A stretch of 64,000 nucleotides of DNA. It comes from Candidatus Hydrogenedentota bacterium. GTDB taxonomy: Bacteria > Hydrogenedentota > Hydrogenedentia > Hydrogenedentales > SLHB01. A program made the translations under genes and the position numbers. Positions 46,101 to 54,657 of the stretch are shown here, in pieces (position 1 is the stretch's first letter; each line of letters starts with the position of its first letter). The notes beneath the pieces are model-generated. The model saw only the letters and a list, made by a program, of their open reading frames with translations, was not told the DNA's origin and did not search any database. The stretch is from positions 54,179-118,178 of the forward strand of contig CAXXTH010000006.1 of assembly GCA_963668025.2 (NCBI GenBank). The letters run 5' to 3'.

Positions 46101-49100
46101 TCTGTTCGTGTAGGTCACCATATGTTTTGCTCGATTCTCAAGCGTGCCCCGGTCTGGGTTCTTCAACAACACATTCACGCCATCAGCCGCCGTCACATGC
46201 TCCGGCCACTTATCAAACTCGATCTTTGCCCTTGTCTTAATGACCTGATTGTGTCCCCGAACATCCAGCCGCTTAGGTTCCACGTCATCCCGGGGGAAGT
46301 CATCGATATCCCGAAGCCGAGCCGAGTACCGTTCTTCATCGGATATCTCGCCCGAGTCCGAGCCTTCGCCTTCCACGCCAAGTTCCGCCACCTTTCCCTG
46401 TGCCGCAAGCTGCACGTTCTTCCGATACTGAGGGGCCACACGCCCATACTTCGACAGCCTGCCCAGCACCCGCCGTATCCACTCCGCCACGCGCCGCACC
46501 CAAGACCGATACTGTCCAGTCGCCTTGGTCTTCATGATGTTGCCCGGCTTAAAGAACTCTGCCCGCACATCACCCGCCCACTGTTCATGAGCCGCACGTT
46601 GCTCTTCTGGCGCCAGATCCGTCCAATTCTTCCCCACCACATGCTGTGCCGCCATATCCCGCACCGAGTCATTCGCCAGGTCCAGCACGGCATGGCCCGC
46701 GATTTCGTGTATCGCCGTCCCGGGATTATGCCCAGCATAGATCCGCGCGAACGCCCCTACCACACGGCCCGTGGCGTCCAGCTCGGCAGCCTCGACGCCG
46801 CGCACGGTGTCACCTTCCTGCAAGAACGTCTTATTGGCTTCCTCTTGCGTGATGTTCCGTAACTGATTCGTGATTTCAACCTGCATGTTCATCGGCACGT
46901 TCATACTGGCCAGATAGGCATCCAACGCATCCGCGCTGGCATCGTCCATGATACCGGCCTGCCGCGCCACGCCGACCGCCGCACGAATCTGATCGAGGCC
47001 ACGGCCCGACACCTGTATATCAGGTGCCCCGGGTTGGCGCGCTGTGGCGGGTGATGCTTGGCCAACGTCGAACGGAAGCTCGCCGGTCTGGTAGTCTCGC
47101 TCCATCTCCTCGGGTGTATAGGCTTTCCGCTCGAGCTGAGCAATCACCCGGTCTACCGCCGCCGTGCTGCTCCCTTCCTGCTTCAGCACTGCCCGCTGGC
47201 CTTTCAACTTCTGGGCCGCTTGTTCCTTGCCGCCATACAGCGATATGGCTTGTTGGGCCGCATCGTCGCGTGGAACACCTTTATCGAGCAGAAATACCGT
47301 TTCGCCCGCTACGCGCTGTGCCGCATGCGATTCCTGAGCATCGTATAACGCTTTGGCTTTCTGGTAGCTCGGGCTTTCCTTACGGACGACCGCGCCCACA
47401 TCGAGCGACTTATCCGATTCCACAACCGTGGTATCGCCGTCCTGCAACACCGTGTCCCCGGACGCTTCCACATCCGTGACCTTGTGCCACTCGCCCTTTC
47501 GATACACGAGGTCTCCCTCGGCAAGGTCTTGAAGCGGCGTCACGACGCCATAGTCATCCGGTACGTTCGGCCCCACCTGGTATTTCGATGAACCAACCAA
47601 TAGACTTCGAAGCACTGACGGGTCCGCGTCGGCCGACGGGATAAGCCCCATGTCCGCCGCCTCAATCAACGCCCGGTCCCACGTAAATGTCCCGTTATTG
47701 CGCCAATACCCCGGAGGAAGCTTTCCCCCGAAGTCATCGTCGGTAAGTTTGGCCCCGCCAATCTTCTTGGTCGGCTGAATGCCCGCGCGCCGCATCCGTT
47801 GACGAAACTCTACAAGTGGCTCATTGCGTTCCTCGGCGGTTTTAGGGCGGCGCTCCGTGGGTTTCACGCCAAGCATCTCGGCGGCCACGTCCGTCACATA
47901 GTCCTTGCGAGTGGCAGGCGGCTCGCCGATATCACTGGACATTTTTTGTCCGCCACTGGACATTTTTTGTCCCTGAGCTTCCACTGGTGAACTCTTTGCG
48001 CCTTCGCGCCTTTGCGTGAGTTCCCCTTGTGGCCCACTTTCAGCCGTTTGTGGGCTGCTAGGCTGCGCCGCCGCTGGCGGCTGCGTAACGACAGGGGCTA
48101 CAGGCGCCGCTTCACCCACAGAAACGGGTTGCTTCGCGCCCTGGGTGGCCTGGGGCGTCTGAATCGCCCGTTCTGCGTCGGCTTGTGTCATGCCTTTAGG
48201 GCCAACAATCACCACTGGTGACTCACCGGCGGAAATGCCTATCGCCGTACTCGCTCCTTGCTGCTCCGCGCGCGCCAAGTCCGCGCCTGTGGCCAGTGTC
48301 TCAACCGTGCCGTCTGGCTTCACATGCAGTGTGCGGTACGGAAGCGCCTGATGCCTCTGTTTCAGTTCGCTTGCTCCGCGAACTCCAAGTCCTGGCGTCC
48401 CTGGTACACTGAACGCCACGGCTTCCGCTCCAAGCTGTTTAGGCGTCGTTACCTCGTAGGTGTCCGTAAGGCCAAGCATGTAGGACAGCATCTTACCGGC
48501 TTCCTCTTCGCCGATTTCCGGGATTATCCCCTGGAACGAAGCGCGCCGCGCCGCTGCACGGATCATGCCGTCTACCTGCTGCTTCGGAAGCGCCTTGCTG
48601 ATAATCGCTTCCCGGACCTTTTCGACCCGCTTCACACCCGGCAGCCGCCGGAATCCTTCGCCGAACCGTTCTGACCACACATCAACGAAGCTGTCCCCGA
48701 TGCCTTTCAACACGGCTTCGGACCATGGCGCGCCGGGCGAAACCAATTCCCCTTGGCCTTCTTGGCTGAACTGAATCTGGGGCGTGGCGCGCTCGAGGGC
48801 GTTCTCGATGGACAGGTTTGGCATGGCTGCCGTCTGCGCCGCTGCACCGGCAGCGCTCTCCGCTGTACGAAGCGCCGCACGCGCCACGGTGCTGCGAGTA
48901 AGAGCCTTCGCGCTCTGTTCTCCCACAAGCCGTTCAACGCCGCCCGTGATGGCCTTCCGGGCCAACGCCTTGCCTCCTGTATACGCGCCGCCGGTCAACA
49001 TGAACTCGCCGATGTATGCGGGCATGCGCGTCAGGATGTCGCTCACCATGTACCCGAAGTCTTTATCACGATACTGGCGCTCCCAGTTGTCTTGTAAGGC

Positions 49101-49613
49101 GGCATTGTCGTCGTCTGTGGCGCTGCCTTCCTGGAACCGCCGAGCGGCTTGGTACAACTGTGTGGCTTGCGGTAGGTCTCCGACAAACGGCACCATCCGC
49201 GTTGCGCCCCATCCGCCCATCTCTTTGAGGTTGTCCACTGCCGTCATAGGCTGCGACATACGAAGCGCCCGTTCGTTGAACTTCGTCTGGCGCGCTATGT
49301 CTTCGGGAGTCGGCGCGGGGATGGGTCCGGTCGCCTGCATCGTAGGCCGTGGCCGCCCTGGTTCCGCAAGCTGCTCCGGCGTGTACATCGAACCGAGGCC
49401 TTGGGACTCGAGGGCGGGAGTGGGGGCGGATGATGGTGGCCCGTCCGGCACGTCACTAAGCCGGATGGTTCTCTTGGGCTGTATGATGGGAAGTGAGTCA
49501 CCCTCTGGGATGTCCTGATACCGAATGGTCTTCTTCGGTTGTATCACGGGCAGAGAATCGAATGGATTCGTGACTGGTCCCTCGGGAACGTCCTGATATC
49601 GAATAGTTCTCAC
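43128..49613 (-). CDS. 2161-aa large polyvalent protein, putative internal virion (ejection) protein
   Basis: N-terminal TIRYQD repeats and NPFD, G/A-rich amphipathic block, HEIAGH zincin-like motif, embedded nuclease-like segment, C-terminal 'PF.KT..N..K.G...SP...YREL.EP' region resembling LPD38-type domains. Confidence 0.7.
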   Translation of the reverse strand: MRTIRYQDVPEGPVTNPFDSLPVIQPKKTIRYQDIPEGDSLPIIQPKRTIRLSDVPDGPPSSAPTPALESQGLGSMYTPEQLAEPGRPRPTMQATGPIPAPTPEDIARQTKFNERALRMSQPMTAVDNLKEMGGWGATRMVPFVGDLPQATQLYQAARRFQEGSATDDDNAALQDNWERQYRDKDFGYMVSDILTRMPAYIGEFMLTGGAYTGGKALARKAITGGVERLVGEQSAKALTRSTVARAALRTAESAAGAAAQTAAMPNLSIENALERATPQIQFSQEGQGELVSPGAPWSEAVLKGIGDSFVDVWSERFGEGFRRLPGVKRVEKVREAIISKALPKQQVDGMIRAAARRASFQGIIPEIGEEEAGKMLSYMLGLTDTYEVTTPKQLGAEAVAFSVPGTPGLGVRGASELKQRHQALPYRTLHVKPDGTVETLATGADLARAEQQGASTAIGISAGESPVVIVGPKGMTQADAERAIQTPQATQGAKQPVSVGEAAPVAPVVTQPPAAAQPSSPQTAESGPQGELTQRREGAKSSPVEAQGQKMSSGGQKMSSDIGEPPATRKDYVTDVAAEMLGVKPTERRPKTAEERNEPLVEFRQRMRRAGIQPTKKIGGAKLTDDDFGGKLPPGYWRNNGTFTWDRALIEAADMGLIPSADADPSVLRSLLVGSSKYQVGPNVPDDYGVVTPLQDLAEGDLVYRKGEWHKVTDVEASGDTVLQDGDTTVVESDKSLDVGAVVRKESPSYQKAKALYDAQESHAAQRVAGETVFLLDKGVPRDDAAQQAISLYGGKEQAAQKLKGQRAVLKQEGSSTAAVDRVIAQLERKAYTPEEMERDYQTGELPFDVGQASPATARQPGAPDIQVSGRGLDQIRAAVGVARQAGIMDDASADALDAYLASMNVPMNMQVEITNQLRNITQEEANKTFLQEGDTVRGVEAAELDATGRVVGAFARIYAGHNPGTAIHEIAGHAVLDLANDSVRDMAAQHVVGKNWTDLAPEEQRAAHEQWAGDVRAEFFKPGNIMKTKATGQYRSWVRRVAEWIRRVLGRLSKYGRVAPQYRKNVQLAAQGKVAELGVEGEGSDSGEISDEERYSARLRDIDDFPRDDVEPKRLDVRGHNQVIKTRAKIEFDKWPEHVTAADGVNVLLKNPDRGTLENRAKHMVTYTNRITVSVDKATWMPNVPDTLANAAAKLWDNKKKNWIYVREYRDGTKHMVVVSPKKYVINHEVNRGRLITQFPGRGKGRQYDMEVTWRRPAPDDAYGHGRRPSVPKPTPPASAIPDSRREEFRSQGSTGGPGTQEEKFDAGPAIGRPEWANPGLTPEARNQVDVSREVLKEAGRGKYSNPESAARVTAMLAKPDRLYAYVLGKARSGSPLTDDEMEAAKRLTHDLAQQAFETQGDADIDRHIALQEAYDLLGGEAGAALQRRVDPLRTPEERAVENIQSAATELTQKLLERARERIGSSRNLQVLAERTGKVADVEILRRKMYKSILKHLSEAGIDVQNLADEMKDPAKRYEALHVIGATKASIWDAVFEFRLMSMLSLPVTHVRNIAGNAVSMGVDYLLQRPAEALVNSTIMALGGEGAPETRPTLHPDELKHLWRGVLAGAPAAIRASIMAFKHDAPVFSDEILGQERSKLDAKGTRAVRTIPLSQFFAVKGVEAKLRVMARAPYRAFRGVSVTSLVAEDEFFNALIANMEVGVVAFRIARGEGLTGEAKAKRIEELVSDRTSRAWSIAMNKASVLTFQSDLGPIGKELSRVREVIHLRHAVPFFKTWVNLAKTGVRKSPLGAFAMLTRLVTKNETPDLLVRDLSEQLVGLMAVGVTAGLLSAFGGDDDDPPITGTMPFGATPKGQREMAQRTAPPQSIRIDGRWYSYRELEPVSTTLSMLVDGLTEFRSAQNGKDVMDAAASVMLHWLSIIRDKSIVRSLSDIMDLFDARSGAGLAERAARWAGNFATSFVPNIVKGTEARLDDMYRESRVWGEHGDRWARWGARVRYQATGVDEPRPKVTLWGEEMQKAKPFDRPASDFLFRLLSPMQDMTPEGRDATAVKLDRLITNWNNAHPDDVRWFSAPEPYVTIAGKREYLTDSEYHDFCAEAGEAARKSLARWATPARVEHPSEGDMAALEKAIDRTRAAARTKMIGQVWKRMHTMSRQASAK

Positions 49614-50938
49614 TGCGCCACCTCTACTTCTTCCCCGTTCATGAGGATGATGGGATTCCCGCTCGGAGACCTGCCGATGACCGGGTTTTTCTTGATGTAT
49701 TGAGCCGTCGGAGTGGGTGCCGCCGCTTGCGTGGGAGTCGCCGACTGCTGTGTCGCTGCCGGTGCTGCTGCTGGCTGCTGTGTCACTGCCTGCTGCGACG
49801 TGGCCGTCATTTGCTGGGCTTCCTGGCGTCGGGCGTCGGGCAACAAGTAATCCGATGAACCACCCTCAATAAGCCCCAGTGACACCAGGTCGTATAGCAC
49901 GGCGGGGTCTTCCACACCCAGCAGTGGCATGGCTTGCTTTGCGAAGGCGTATGGAATTTTTACTGTGCCATTCTCATCTACGGCGGCAATGTCACCGTAA
50001 GCAGTTGCATACAGCTTGCGTAATCGGTTCATGACGGCGTCTGCCGGTACAGGCTTCCGAACTCCACCCGTGCCCGTGGGCTTGCTCGGCCCGATGTCCT
50101 GAACCACCTTGCCGGTCTGGTCGAGCACTGCGGTGTGGTATTCTGTTACGCCATTCACCTGCACAGGGAAGTTATCCCGCACCACGTTTTTCGTTATAGC
50201 TGGCCCGGCGGGCTCGAACGTCCCATCATCATGCACCCAGCCAGAGCCGGATTTGGTCGTGCCATCCGCGTCCTGGTAGTAAACCTCATCCATCCACTTT
50301 GGGACCGCCGGATTCTCGTATACCGACGACACCGAGCCCGTATCTGGATTGAACTGCGCAACATCGGTGCCCGGGGCCACATTGAACGGCTTCGACATCT
50401 GCGTGCGGAGTTTCCACGCCTCGTGCTGCCGCTTGGACTCCGCTTCCTGCGCATCGTAGTCAGCCTTCATCTGCGCGGTTTGCGCTTCGATCTTTCGTTC
50501 ATCAAGGTGGTTTTGCAACTGTGTCTTATACAACCTCAACTCCTGTTTTCGGTCCTGGGCTTTCTCGAACTGTGCGGTGCGTTCCTGCTGTTGCTGCGCT
50601 CGTTGCGCCGCCGCATCCTCGTTCGACTGCTGAACCATATTCAGTGTGGCCGTGGTCTGTTGGGGAGACATCCCCATCACATCCTTAGCGCCCAAATTCG
50701 GGAGCGTGCTGGGCGGTGGCGTCATCTGCTTGGTCAATCCGAATAACTGCGCCATCTGGCCGACAAAGCCATTTCCATACGGATTCGGCGCAAGTTCAGG
50801 GCTCTCCATCTCCAGCAGTTGCGCCTCGATCACGTTCGGCGGCGTGCCCTCGGGATATTCAAGCGTCTGTCCCGTGCTCGGTATTCTGACCTGTATGCCG
50901 CGCCCTACTCGTGGAATCATCATCGATATTACCTCCAT
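49610..50938 (-). CDS. Q/A-rich coiled-coil protein, putative DNA-transfer/ejection protein
   Basis: 'QVRIPSTGQTLEYPEGTPPNVIEAQL' N-terminus, long Q/E/K coiled coil, 'NPDTG' motif. GTGA overlap with the giant gene. Confidence 0.55.
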   Translation of the reverse strand: MEVISMMIPRVGRGIQVRIPSTGQTLEYPEGTPPNVIEAQLLEMESPELAPNPYGNGFVGQMAQLFGLTKQMTPPPSTLPNLGAKDVMGMSPQQTTATLNMVQQSNEDAAAQRAQQQQERTAQFEKAQDRKQELRLYKTQLQNHLDERKIEAQTAQMKADYDAQEAESKRQHEAWKLRTQMSKPFNVAPGTDVAQFNPDTGSVSSVYENPAVPKWMDEVYYQDADGTTKSGSGWVHDDGTFEPAGPAITKNVVRDNFPVQVNGVTEYHTAVLDQTGKVVQDIGPSKPTGTGGVRKPVPADAVMNRLRKLYATAYGDIAAVDENGTVKIPYAFAKQAMPLLGVEDPAVLYDLVSLGLIEGGSSDYLLPDARRQEAQQMTATSQQAVTQQPAAAPAATQQSATPTQAAAPTPTAQYIKKNPVIGRSPSGNPIILMNGEEVEVAQ

Positions 50939-51044
50939 TCAGAATGAATTTACTCCGCGAATATTGTAGCGCGTATCGGCCTTATACCAAGCCCCTGGAA
51001 AATGAGCGCGCCCAAGCATGTGGACGCGCTCTCGGTGGGGGAGG

Positions 51045-51416
51045 TTAGGCTTCGGCTGGCTGTGGCTCGGGGATAGATGCCTCTAAGGCGAACGCCAAAG
51101 GAATATACGCACCTAGGTCCGCAAGACGTGCAACCTCGATGGATTCACCGTTCACCCCTCGGGCAACGAGCTTGCCGCCTTCGCTAAACAGCAGCATCCC
51201 CTCTGGCGTTTCAAAGTATACGAACTCTCCTTCATCCCAGATCTCCTTGAGCATGAGCGGTCCTGTCTCGACCTCGATAATTTTGTGTATGAGTGCCCGG
51301 GCCTCGATGGCGGGCCGGAGAAAGTGAAGTGAGTCGCCATGGTGCTGCTCGCCCAATGCGGCAAGATAGGCCTTTTCGGCCAGGCTGATTTCTCGTACCG
51401 GCATCATGGTGTTCAC
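51045..51416 (-). CDS. Hypothetical protein
   Basis: Co-oriented, with GTGA overlap to the upstream ORF. Confidence 0.6.
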   Translation of the reverse strand: MNTMMPVREISLAEKAYLAALGEQHHGDSLHFLRPAIEARALIHKIIEVETGPLMLKEIWDEGEFVYFETPEGMLLFSEGGKLVARGVNGESIEVARLADLGAYIPLAFALEASIPEPQPAEA

Positions 51417-51667
51417 TCCTTTCCCGTTTTAGAACTGTCATGCAATGTAGCTTGCGCGATATCGAGTTGTGTCCCACAATACGAGCAGAATTGGAATGGC
51501 GGTCCCATCGGCATCAGCTTGCATCCGCACGCCGGGCAAAGCTGGTTGTAGAAGATGTCGTTCTCCATGTCGGGGCACCAACCGTCCTTGTCTAGCCAGA
51601 TTCGACTGAAGTCGAGTACATAGGCGGGCGGATTGGTAGGGACAGGTTTGGTTTCATTGGTAGGCAT
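51413..51667 (-). CDS. Small Zn-ribbon protein
   Basis: CPACG...FCSYCG. AAGGA RBS. Confidence 0.6.
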   Translation of the reverse strand: MPTNETKPVPTNPPAYVLDFSRIWLDKDGWCPDMENDIFYNQLCPACGCKLMPMGPPFQFCSYCGTQLDIAQATLHDSSKTGKE

Positions 51668-51737
51668 GATGCGTTTTCCTTACGGAGGCGGGTATACTTC
51701 TACGGACGGCGGAGCCTTCAAATCCGCTGCTCGCATC

Positions 51738-51773
51738 GGCCTCTGGGTGCTTGCGGCACTCAGGGGCCTTTTT
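51738..51773 (+). terminator. Intrinsic terminator on the strand opposite to the element's genes
   Basis: GGCCTCTGGGTGC-TTGCG-GCACTCAGGGGCC-TTTTT. Confidence 0.7.
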
Positions 51774-51905
51774 ATGCTTTCACCGGCCACGATGGCCGGG
51801 TCATGCCGTTATGTATTCTCGTCCCTGCCCAAGCCGGATGGAGCCGCCAAGGGTCGGGCGCAGGATGTCGGTTAAGCCTTTGATGGGCATGGCTAGGAAT
51901 CCTTT

Positions 51906-52166
51906 CTATGATAATGGAGGGAAAAGCGCGCGTGTTTCTTTCATGGTGCGTGGGGGGCGTGGCTTCTCGGACTCATCGCCTGCCAGCCACTTCAAGACGC
52001 TTACGCCTGATATGCGTTCGACGGAATAGCCTGGAATTTGCACGCGGTGCAGGTGGCCCATGTCGGCGAGGGCCTTGACGGCTCCGTGGCGTATGCAGAG
52101 CCTGCGGGCCACTTGAAGTGTGGTGTACAGGCGGTCTGGTTCTATGGGATCTCCGATGATCTTCAT
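51906..52166 (-). CDS. Excisionase-like HTH protein
   Basis: 'RLYTTLQVARRLCI...V..L...G.L...RISGVSVLKWL'. Directly after the integrase. Confidence 0.7.
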   Translation of the reverse strand: MKIIGDPIEPDRLYTTLQVARRLCIRHGAVKALADMGHLHRVQIPGYSVERISGVSVLKWLAGDESEKPRPPRTMKETRALFPPLS

Positions 52167-52218
52167 GTTTCATCCTTTCCGGTTTGTTACCAAGCCTTGA
52201 CTTCGTATGGGTCAGACG

Positions 52219-53484
52219 TTATGCCCCTTGCTCCTTCGCGGTTCCGGGGAACGCCAGTACGTTATCTGTGGGCGTGTCCAGCAAGGCCACGGCTTCCCGC
52301 GTTGCTCCGGGAGCCAGGTGGGCATACCGTTGCGTCAGGCTGATGTTGCTATGGCCTAGCAGAGTCATCACGGTGTAGAGGTCCACCCCTGACTGAACCA
52401 GCTTCGATGCGAACGTGTGGCGCATGTCGTGAAACGTGAATCCCTTGATACCGGCATCGGCAAGCAACGTTTCCCATGCTGAGTTGATATCATGCATGGC
52501 CTCGCCGTCCGGCCCCTCGAACACAAGCCCCGTAGTAAGGCCTGTGCATGCCTGCCACCCCTTGAACGCGGCCATGGCGCGGGCGTTGAGTGGGATGCGG
52601 CGGACAGTGCGAGTCTTGGCAAGGCGGGCCTCGATGGTCAGCGTAGCGGCCTCGAAGTCTACGCTCTCCCATGTCAGGGTCATCAACTCCCTGCGTCGAA
52701 CGCCGGTGTTCAGCACGATCTCGATCATGGGCTTAACATAGTCGGCATAGGAACCGTCGAGGGAGACCGGTGCAGGGTAGTTCCGTTTTTCGCACCATTC
52801 GCGGTGTGATTCGCGGGCCTCTCGAAGGCGGGTCTCTCGCTTATCGATGGCCTCAAACAGTGCGGCCTCTTCTTGGGGCGTCAAGTAGCGTACGCGGTGC
52901 GGGTCCATTTCTTTGGCTTTGAACTTCGCTAACGGATTTTCTGTGATGAATTCACGGGCCACGGCGAAGTTCAGTACGGTCTTGAGATAGCGGCAATACC
53001 GGGAACCGGCGCGTGGCTTGCCTTCTTTGTTGAGGCGTGCGCGGACCTTCTCCACGGAGAACAGCTTGATTGAATCCAGGGGCTTGTCCATGAGTTCACC
53101 GAAGTTGGCCCGTATCGCGCGCATCTCTTCAGCCAGGGATGGTTTGCCTGCGTTCACGGTCTCGTATTCGGTAAGCAGGTCGGCCAGTGTGGCGATGTGA
53201 CGCCGGGCCTCCTTGCGGGCCTCAGCAGGGTCTTCGCCACGTAGAGCATCGGCCAGCAAGCGGCGTGCGTGGTCACGGGCTTGGACAAGCGTCAGTATGG
53301 CGGCGTCTCCCACCTTGAGCATGACGCGCTTGCCGTCTTCGCGCCGATACTTGATGTAGTACGTCCGGCTTCCGCTCGTTTCGGTGCGTACGAGGAAACC
53401 TGACATCTCGGAATCGAACGCATCGAAGCGCTTAGCGCCGGGCTTGAGGGTATCCACGGTCTTCTGCGTAAGCTTCGCTTTCAT
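52219..53484 (-). CDS. int: Tyrosine integrase with N-terminal arm-binding domain
   Basis: 'KLTQKTVDTLKP...FD....GF.VR..SG.RTY', catalytic R (TGVRRRE), K, HDMRH, LLGH, RY. Confidence 0.95.
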   Translation of the reverse strand: MKAKLTQKTVDTLKPGAKRFDAFDSEMSGFLVRTETSGSRTYYIKYRREDGKRVMLKVGDAAILTLVQARDHARRLLADALRGEDPAEARKEARRHIATLADLLTEYETVNAGKPSLAEEMRAIRANFGELMDKPLDSIKLFSVEKVRARLNKEGKPRAGSRYCRYLKTVLNFAVAREFITENPLAKFKAKEMDPHRVRYLTPQEEAALFEAIDKRETRLREARESHREWCEKRNYPAPVSLDGSYADYVKPMIEIVLNTGVRRRELMTLTWESVDFEAATLTIEARLAKTRTVRRIPLNARAMAAFKGWQACTGLTTGLVFEGPDGEAMHDINSAWETLLADAGIKGFTFHDMRHTFASKLVQSGVDLYTVMTLLGHSNISLTQRYAHLAPGATREAVALLDTPTDNVLAFPGTAKEQGA

Positions 53485-53509
53485 GGCAGCGGTTCCTTTG
53501 CTGGGATTC

Positions 53510-53528
53510 TGTATCCCGCCTGTATCCC
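53510..53528. promoter_or_regulatory. Putative integrase arm-type sites, right end of element 1
   Basis: TGTATCCC-GCC-TGTATCCC, matching 34509-34527. Confidence 0.7.
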
Positions 53529-53656
53529 AGCGAAAAGATACCACTAGCAACATCAGGTGTCAAGAAGAATCTATAAATATGCAAAAAGCCCAATAAAATC
53601 GACCTATTTTCAGTGTATGACTGTATCGCATTGTTACTTGGAGAAGGTGCATTTTT

Positions 53657-53770
53657 CTGCTTTGGGAGCAGGAGGCCGAGAGTTCAAATCTCTCCGCCCC
53701 GACCATTTAAAGCCTTTAACCCCAATGACTTATGGAAATGGGTTCTTGGGGCTTTTTCTTTGGCCCCGCT
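53657..53770 (+). repeat. att junction: 114-bp exact direct repeat of 34393-34506 (49 bp of tRNA-Pro 3' part plus 65 bp of shared element end)
   Basis: CTGCTTTGGGAGCAGG...CGACCATTTAAAGCC...TTGGCCCCGCT is identical at both positions. Confidence 0.95.
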
Positions 53771-54066
53771 CTGTGGTTCCGCTGTGGTTCCATACGTCGG
53801 GATTTCGAGCCGTTTCAGGGCTGCATGGCCGGGCGGTGATGGCGGGCAGTTTGGTGATGGCCAGCATGGGTGCGGGAACGTGTGAATAAGGGTGGCAGGC
53901 AACAGAAAGGGTGGCAGACAACAAAACACGGAAGTCGTATGGTTGCGACCGCCATCGGGCGAGTCTCTAAACATTAGGCGGCCCCCGGGCAAGCCTAACC
54001 CGGCCTCCTCTGCGGCAATCCCGGACACATTGCAGAAGCAGCCCACAGTCACGATATCACGGACGC

Positions 54067-54285
54067 CTAGATTTCCGCAATGATCCCGTCGTCGGATACC
54101 TCGAACAACGCCATGCCTTGCCGTCCAGCTTTATCCGCCCCGTGCAGGTACACCCGCAGCCCTTTTTCAGTAGGCCTCGTGCATATGGCGAAGACTCGAG
54201 TCCAGTTATAGCGATACTGAGCCACAGTGGACGCGGCATAAGCGCACTCAGGAATGCTGCCATCGTATCGAGGATAAGCTTTCAT
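54067..54285 (-). CDS. 72-aa hypothetical protein (homolog of 34694-34912)
   Basis: 69 of 72 residues identical by eye. Confidence 0.75.
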   Translation of the reverse strand: MKAYPRYDGSIPECAYAASTVAQYRYNWTRVFAICTRPTEKGLRVYLHGADKAGRQGMALFEVSDDGIIAEI

Positions 54286-54581
54286 ATTCGTCTCCGTTTG
54301 GAATCATAGCATGGGACAGGACACTCGCCACGCATGGTAGAACGAATGAAGCCATGGAACAAGCGCTCAGCGTGAAGCCTGGTTGACATGTGGGATGCTT
54401 GATGGTGTCGTCGCTTATGTCATGGCGGCCGGGCGGCGGCGCGATGATGTATGTGCGCATGCGTGCAAGGGGGGGTGGCAGGGGGGATCAGCGACACCCC
54501 TCTGTATAGCGTTAGACCCTCACTCGAAAATTCTGGTGAAAACGGGAACTGTACCATGCGGGAGGTACAGTTTGTGTTGGC

Positions 54582-54613
54582 AAAAAAGAAACCCGCGTCC
54601 ACCGGGGCGCGGG
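54582..54613 (-). terminator. Terminator of the TAC operon
   Basis: Minus strand reads CCCGCGCCCCGGTGGACGCGGG-TTTCTTTTTT. Confidence 0.65.
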
Positions 54614-54657
54614 GCCATTGGGTATGAATCCCAATGGGAGGGGATGCAAGTCGATTA

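Larger units (their letters stand above)
34393..53705. mobile_element. Integrated phage-satellite-like element 1 (~19.3 kb) at tRNA-Pro
   Basis: The 3' 49 nt of tRNA-Pro (34393-34441) are repeated at 53657-53705 next to a tyrosine integrase. All genes are on the minus strand. Primase, AlpA/Xis and TerS-like genes are present. Confidence 0.9.

Noticed and set aside
34393-53705. Complete prophage or conjugative element
   Set aside because: No capsid, portal, large terminase, tail, lysis, relaxase or T4SS genes are recognisable between the att sites.
53657-53705. Second functional tRNA-Pro
   Set aside because: It lacks the 5' acceptor strand and the D-arm; it is the att duplication.
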